Source: an uncultured Patescibacteria group bacterium (GTDB lineage: Bacteria; Patescibacteriota; Microgenomatia; UBA1400; PJMF01). From it: a stretch of DNA of 64,000 nt. Position 1 is the first letter of the stretch. The number at the start of each line of letters is the position of its first letter. The notes under the pieces were generated by a model. The model ran no database searches. It had not been told where the DNA came from and saw only the letters and a program-made list of their open reading frames with translations. The DNA lies in assembly GCA_905478415.1 (NCBI GenBank), contig CAJQIG010000001.1:309892-373891 (forward strand), read 5' to 3'. Below are positions 58,712 to 64,000 of the stretch, one piece after another. The position numbers were made by a program, and so were the translations under genes.

Positions 58712-60055
58712 GTGGCCTGTGGTATGCCAAAAAACATAAAAAACATACTGGCAAAATATGACACTACGGAAACGTTGTTAATCATATCTTTATATCCCCA
58801 CAAGGGTGAGACCTACTCATCTGGGACCACTGGGGTGGCTTCTTATACCAAGAATGTAGTTAAAAATATGAACCGCAACACGGTTGTTATTGCTGACTAC
58901 AAAAAACAAAGCAGTCACTATGTCGAAAAAGACACATTAGTACTCAGACACTTCAAACATGGCAAAATGTCTATGTGGACTGAGTTACTCCAAAGTGTAA
59001 CTCAATTTAAGAATGCAAAAAATGTACTTATTCAGTTTGATTTCTCTATGTATGGAAGTATGCTGGTATCAGCAACACTACTTCCATTCTTAGCTGTTCT
59101 TAAGTCACTAGGATATAAGACTCACGTTGTTTCTCATCATGTAGTCATGGATGTTGGAAAACTTTCTGGACACATGGGACTGACGAACTCATTCCGCGAC
59201 TCAATCAAGACTCGTGCATTTAACGTAGCCTTTCACTCGTTCTATAGAGCGCTTGGCTTAGTTAGTAACTCTGTTATTGTTCTTGAAGATATCCTCAAAG
59301 AGAGACTGTCTAAATATATTCCTGCTAAAAAAATAATTGCTATTCCTCATGCTGTCGACACTAATTTAGAAAAAATTTCTAAAGCAGAGGCGCGTAAAAA
59401 ACTTGGAATTGCTGCTTCTGAAAAAGTGGTGCTCTTCTTCGGTTTTGTAAACTGGTTTAAAGGTGCAGATATCTTTGCAAAAAACTTTGCAAAGACTCAG
59501 AAGCTTCTTGGAAAAAAAGCTCGCTTTATTATTGCTGGAGGTGAAAGTATTACCTTATCTTCAAAAGAATACTATAAAGAATTTTATAATGGCGTTGTAA
59601 ATACAACCCAAAATTCTTCTTCTGTAGATATCACTGGATATGTTCCTCAAGAAAAAATTGTTGAATACTTCTCTGCTGCGGATTTAATTGTCTTTCCGTA
59701 CAGAGAGTTTATGTGTGCTTCTGGAGTACTATCATTAGCTTTCTCATATAAAAAACCATTTATTGTTTCTGACAAATTAGAACCAATGTTAACTGCACCT
59801 GATTTCTCAGAAGCTATGAAAGACTTTGGCCTAACTACTAGCGATTTATCGTTCGAACTTTCAAAAGAATCAATGCTTAAACAAACAACAAAAGTCTTAA
59901 GAAATGGTCTAAAACGTAAAATGTCACTCATGGGAGCTCAAATTAGAAAACAACGTAGTTTTCAAAATACGGCTAAGACCTATGAACGAGCTATATTTGC
60001 ACCAAGTTCAAAGCTTCATAAATCGCCTAGAGTCAGGTATGCTTATGGTGCATGA
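58712..60055 (+). CDS. glycosyltransferase family 1 (GT-B; GT4-like)
   Basis: C-terminal pattern GGE...FPYREFMCASG resembling the EX7E region. Confidence 0.55.
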   Translation: MACGMPKNIKNILAKYDTTETLLIISLYPHKGETYSSGTTGVASYTKNVVKNMNRNTVVIADYKKQSSHYVEKDTLVLRHFKHGKMSMWTELLQSVTQFKNAKNVLIQFDFSMYGSMLVSATLLPFLAVLKSLGYKTHVVSHHVVMDVGKLSGHMGLTNSFRDSIKTRAFNVAFHSFYRALGLVSNSVIVLEDILKERLSKYIPAKKIIAIPHAVDTNLEKISKAEARKKLGIAASEKVVLFFGFVNWFKGADIFAKNFAKTQKLLGKKARFIIAGGESITLSSKEYYKEFYNGVVNTTQNSSSVDITGYVPQEKIVEYFSAADLIVFPYREFMCASGVLSLAFSYKKPFIVSDKLEPMLTAPDFSEAMKDFGLTTSDLSFELSKESMLKQTTKVLRNGLKRKMSLMGAQIRKQRSFQNTAKTYERAIFAPSSKLHKSPRVRYAYGA

Positions 60056-61773
60056 AAAAAATAGCACCCTGGTTACTTTTAGCTGCTCTTAGCATCTTTC
60101 TTTGTTACTATTTTTTATTTAGAGCTCAAGTACAGCTTGGAGGTGATATCGTAGAGTATTACGGTATTACTGAATCAGTAAAAAATCACTTTAGTTTTGA
60201 ACTTACAGTAGAAGATAGAACTAATCTGGAACAAGTACTGCATAAAGCTTACTTTGAAGATCCTGGCTATTACATATCAGGCACTGATCAAAAACGCTAT
60301 CCTGTTCACTTTATCTTTTACTCACTGCTTGCACTACCATTCCGGCTACTTCTTGAGGCACTTAATCTCAATCCACTCCGATCACTTTGGTTACTAAATA
60401 TTTTTTCATACCTTACTATGATTGGGATTATCTGGGCTAAATATATTCATAAGAGTGGCCATCGTATCGCCTTTTTACTTCTTACATTTATATCTCCGCT
60501 TATGTCCTTTTTTATATGGCCTGGACCAGATCTCTTTGTCATTACGTTACTCACTGTCTCCTTGTTTGCCTTTGCTAAAAAAGAATATCTTTTTGCAATA
60601 CTTTTGAGCACAGTTGCCTCATGGCACAGTCAACCAGTACTGATTGTGACATTCTTCTTTCTCCTCTCCTATGTTGTCATTGGCCATACTCAACAAAAAA
60701 AGTTTGCAATTACTACTAAGATCTTAGCTACTGCTTTTGGTGTTGGCTTACTATCACTAATTCCCTACCTTTATAACTACCTTGCATTTGGTGTTTTAAC
60801 ACCGTGGACACTTCTTCAAGATGGATGGACTACAGTACGTGGTTTCGGATTACACAACGCTTCGGTACAAAAATTTTACGAACAATTTTTTGACCTTAAT
60901 ATTGGTATTTTTTGGTATTCTCCAATACTTTTTATAGCTTCACTGTTTTATTTTATGAGGAATCATACAAAAAACACACTGCTCAATTACTTTTATCTAG
61001 CTATTTTTTGTCTCACACTACTCTTTTATCAAACAAATCCTGGCTGGCATTATGGAACATCTGGTTTCGGTCCTGGTCGGCATTCAATTATTGTTTTAGC
61101 GTTACTTTTTTTCATTACCACTCAACTTATAGCTTCACAAACTAAAAAATTTACGATTGGATTTATTGCGTTTCTGCTAGTGATTCAAGGAAGTATTTTG
61201 TCTAAAAATAATTTTCTCGAGCCAAAACTAGAGAATACTCTCCATAATAGTTTTTTTGCTTCTTTCATTCTCGATTCTCTGCCAGAACTCTATAACCCTA
61301 CCCCTGAGATTTTTGTTGATAGAACAAACCATACAGATAATACTCAACTAGAGTCAGCCTATTATATGAAAGATGGAATCTGCAAAAAAGCCTTTGTACT
61401 GTACTCAGACCTCCCCTTCTTAAAAGAACACTGTCCTAATAATGCAAAACTCTCTGCCACACTCATGTTCGAAGACCCATTTAAAAGAAGCGCTAGCTAT
61501 CCAAGAACTATCATTTTAGACGAAGCCACTTTCTGGCCTGAACCAAGAGCTTGTGACAATAACTTTAAGCATCAATATTTTGTTTGTCCAAAAACAACAG
61601 ATGATTTTATGTCCGAGACGGGAATATCAGACGAACTTAGAATCACCACACTTGCTGAGTTTCCATCTCCTGGCATATGGAAACTCAGCAAAGGAGCCCC
61701 AATTAAAGTTACTGTTCCTCCCGGATACATTTTAGACTACACTGCAACAGATGGTATCTATGTCAACTTTTAA
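60052..61773 (+). CDS. polytopic membrane protein, GT-C-like (possible arabinofuranosyl/mannosyl-transferase)
   Basis: More than 10 TM; 4-nt overlap with preceding gene. Confidence 0.4.
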   Translation: MKKIAPWLLLAALSIFLCYYFLFRAQVQLGGDIVEYYGITESVKNHFSFELTVEDRTNLEQVLHKAYFEDPGYYISGTDQKRYPVHFIFYSLLALPFRLLLEALNLNPLRSLWLLNIFSYLTMIGIIWAKYIHKSGHRIAFLLLTFISPLMSFFIWPGPDLFVITLLTVSLFAFAKKEYLFAILLSTVASWHSQPVLIVTFFFLLSYVVIGHTQQKKFAITTKILATAFGVGLLSLIPYLYNYLAFGVLTPWTLLQDGWTTVRGFGLHNASVQKFYEQFFDLNIGIFWYSPILFIASLFYFMRNHTKNTLLNYFYLAIFCLTLLFYQTNPGWHYGTSGFGPGRHSIIVLALLFFITTQLIASQTKKFTIGFIAFLLVIQGSILSKNNFLEPKLENTLHNSFFASFILDSLPELYNPTPEIFVDRTNHTDNTQLESAYYMKDGICKKAFVLYSDLPFLKEHCPNNAKLSATLMFEDPFKRSASYPRTIILDEATFWPEPRACDNNFKHQYFVCPKTTDDFMSETGISDELRITTLAEFPSPGIWKLSKGAPIKVTVPPGYILDYTATDGIYVNF

Positions 61774-64000
61774 AAAAATTGTTACCCATATTCACTTCGC
61801 TCCAGTCTCATTACTTGTCAGTATTTTAGTAATTTTCATTATTTCTCAATTTCCAAGTACTACAAACTTGATTGGATGGGATGCAGTAAGTCCAGAACTC
61901 AACTACTCTGCAAACTTTAGTCGGGCGCTTAATTCTAGCTGGCAAGAAAACTATGGATTAGGAGCTTTAATAGGGCACGGGGTAGGAACAACCTTTATAC
62001 ATACTGGGGTAGTATACCTAATTGACCTGTTTGCACCTAGCCATGCAGTAAGAGCAATTTTTCATTTTTTATCTTTCAGTGTTGGAGCAGTAGGAATGTA
62101 TTTTCTTTCCTACCACATTCTTTCTTCTTTAAAAAATGATGTATCTAAACAACTACTTACATTTATTTCATTACTAGCAGCACTCTTTTATACATTCAAC
62201 TTAGGAACAACACAGCTTTTTTATCTACCATTAGAAGCGTTTAGTGTCCATTTTGCTGGACTTCCATGGGCACTTTTATTATTACTGAGATACATACATA
62301 GTCCAAGTAAAAAGAACTTATTCATACTATTTATTGTAAATATTTTCTTTTCGATGCAAGGCTTCATCCCATCACTTTTTGTCGCATATCTCTTTTCAAT
62401 TGGAGTGTATACCACAACTTTTTTTCTGCTCAATAAAAACAAAAAAAAGAATGGCACACATATCTTATTTGCTTTATTTATCATCTTATTAGCGAATAGC
62501 TATTGGCTAACATCATTCACTTTTTATACTTTGTTTAGAAACCAAAATTTTCTCGAAGCATATAATAACTTGAGTTCAACTGAACAATTTATACAGCAAA
62601 GCATGAAGTATGGTGATGTACTAAACGTTGGATTGTTAAAAAGTTTTTATCTTGATACTTCAGTAGCTGACACTCAAGTTTTTCAAAGCTGGAACCAATT
62701 CTTTCAAAATTCTGCTATTCTCTTTTTTTACTTCCTTTTTTTCTTAGTTAGTGTATTAGGACTCATTGTTTCTACTTTTAAACGGTATAGAAAAATAATG
62801 CTTCCACTTTCAAGTGTCTATCTTTTTTTCTTTTTAGGACTGACTACAGCAACCCCCCCTTTTTCTTTTGCTTCTAAACTTTTACAACTACTCCCCCTCT
62901 ATAAACAAGCTTTTAGAACTACATTCACTAAGCTTGGTACTGGTATGGCCCTTAGTTACAGCATATTTTTAGGTCTTGGCTTACTGTTTCTTTTTTCTAA
63001 AAAGAGCAAATTCTCTCATGCCTTTTTATGGTTTCTTTTAGCTATAAGTACCACAGTACTCGTTCTTCCTCATTTTATTTTTCCTGCCTTCTACGAGAAT
63101 GAATCAATACGTATTCCACAGGCATACAGAGATGTCACTAACGAATTTAATCAAAAGGGATATGCTCACATCGCGATGCTCCCCGCAGATTGTTCAGAAG
63201 GTTGGTATAACTACAACTGGAACTATGTTGGTTCTGGATTTCTTTGGTATGGTGTTAAACAACCAATTATTGAACGTTTTTCTGATGTGTGGAGTGCTAA
63301 CAATGAACAATACTTTTGGGAACTCTCGTCTGCACTACACGCAAATAACACAGAGCAACTTTCAAATATTTTTATGAAGTATGACATAAAATGGTTACTC
63401 ATTGATGAAAACCTTGAACACTGCAGTAATTTTAATGGTTTTTCTCAACAAAAGCTTCTCATAGATCGCTTAACAAGCTCAAATCAATTCCAACTTATTT
63501 TTGAAACAGATAAAGGAGTAGAAAAACCGATAAGAATCCTTGAAAATACTCAGCATAGTAATTATAATTTTATTTCAAGTTCATCTGTTACAAAAGTTTC
63601 TACTACTCGCACCTGGATGTTAGAGGATACTCTCTTTGCATCAAAAAAATCTTATGTTTCTAACCCAACAGAAATACTTAGCGATGAATATTTTGTCTTC
63701 CCAAGTATTTTTTCTCAAAGAGGAAATGCAGTATCTTCTTCCCAAATAGAAAATACTAACGCTACTCTCACTTTTATTTCTCCAGAAAAAACAAATACAG
63801 ATAGACAAATTAACTTAGTGGTTTCATATGCTGAGGACCCTATTCCATTCTCAACTACTATTGAACAGTTGAATGATCTTTATTCATTACAAATGAATCT
63901 CGACTTTCCGCTAGTTGTTATTGGAAGTCAAGAATTTGACGTCGATACAACAATTAATCTGGGGGAACTTTCCATTGATGAAACAACAGATATTGCACTA
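61760..64000 (+). CDS. large polytopic membrane protein, 3'-partial (no stop before window end); overlaps preceding gene by 14 nt
   Basis: Manual reading from ATG 61760 (MSTFKKIVTHIHF...) found no in-frame stop to 64000; absent from the ORF track presumably because it has no stop. Confidence 0.55.
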   Translation, partial: MSTFKKIVTHIHFAPVSLLVSILVIFIISQFPSTTNLIGWDAVSPELNYSANFSRALNSSWQENYGLGALIGHGVGTTFIHTGVVYLIDLFAPSHAVRAIFHFLSFSVGAVGMYFLSYHILSSLKNDVSKQLLTFISLLAALFYTFNLGTTQLFYLPLEAFSVHFAGLPWALLLLLRYIHSPSKKNLFILFIVNIFFSMQGFIPSLFVAYLFSIGVYTTTFFLLNKNKKKNGTHILFALFIILLANSYWLTSFTFYTLFRNQNFLEAYNNLSSTEQFIQQSMKYGDVLNVGLLKSFYLDTSVADTQVFQSWNQFFQNSAILFFYFLFFLVSVLGLIVSTFKRYRKIMLPLSSVYLFFFLGLTTATPPFSFASKLLQLLPLYKQAFRTTFTKLGTGMALSYSIFLGLGLLFLFSKKSKFSHAFLWFLLAISTTVLVLPHFIFPAFYENESIRIPQAYRDVTNEFNQKGYAHIAMLPADCSEGWYNYNWNYVGSGFLWYGVKQPIIERFSDVWSANNEQYFWELSSALHANNTEQLSNIFMKYDIKWLLIDENLEHCSNFNGFSQQKLLIDRLTSSNQFQLIFETDKGVEKPIRILENTQHSNYNFISSSSVTKVSTTRTWMLEDTLFASKKSYVSNPTEILSDEYFVFPSIFSQRGNAVSSSQIENTNATLTFISPEKTNTDRQINLVVSYAEDPIPFSTTIEQLNDLYSLQMNLDFPLVVIGSQEFDVDTTINLGELSIDETTDIAL

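Noticed and set aside
1-64000. CRISPR arrays, rRNA genes, transposases and integrases
   Set aside because: No regularly spaced short repeats were found, and no ORF shows recombinase or transposase motifs.

Overview
The window is a low-GC (about 40%) bacterial chromosomal segment read with the standard genetic code. Its gene content (DUF4012, a short MetRS, a UvrD-like helicase fused to a PD-(D/E)XK nuclease, many GT-C/PMT-family glycosyltransferases) suggests a small-genome, Gram-positive-like or CPR/Saccharibacteria-like organism. Recognisable housekeeping genes are dcd (partial), an IMPase-family gene, zupT, mscL, rmuC, metG, tatD, recA, rny, secG, prfB, ftsE, ftsX, an M23 EnvC-like peptidase, FemAB, DegT, a Mur ligase, a cyclophilin and one tRNA-Pro(GGG). 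There is also a large envelope-glycosylation cluster with a UbiA-family DPPR-synthase-like gene. No CRISPR array, rRNA, transposase or integrase was seen. The most unusual locus is an AT-rich array of six small same-strand genes of unknown function at 33.3-36.5 kb, immediately 3' of tRNA-Pro. Each gene ends in, or is followed by, a copy of a ~40-bp direct repeat that partly resembles the tRNA-Pro 3' end plus trailer. This looks like a tRNA-targeted tandem cargo or cassette array, but it has no recombinase in the window and no canonical integron attC cores. A second anomaly is a GC-rich (about 55%) lipoprotein gene at 57.5-58.6 kb. It lies behind a near-perfect sigma70 promoter and a roughly 530-nt highly structured leader. 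That promoter module is duplicated in front of a small C-terminally anchored secreted protein that sits beside an M50 intramembrane protease. Two isolated perfect GC-only palindromes lie at 29.68 kb and 47.75 kb. There is also a three-gene operon of a small basic protein, DUF2130 and a helicase-nuclease, and a two-gene operon of an unknown 808-aa protein with a 116-aa partner.
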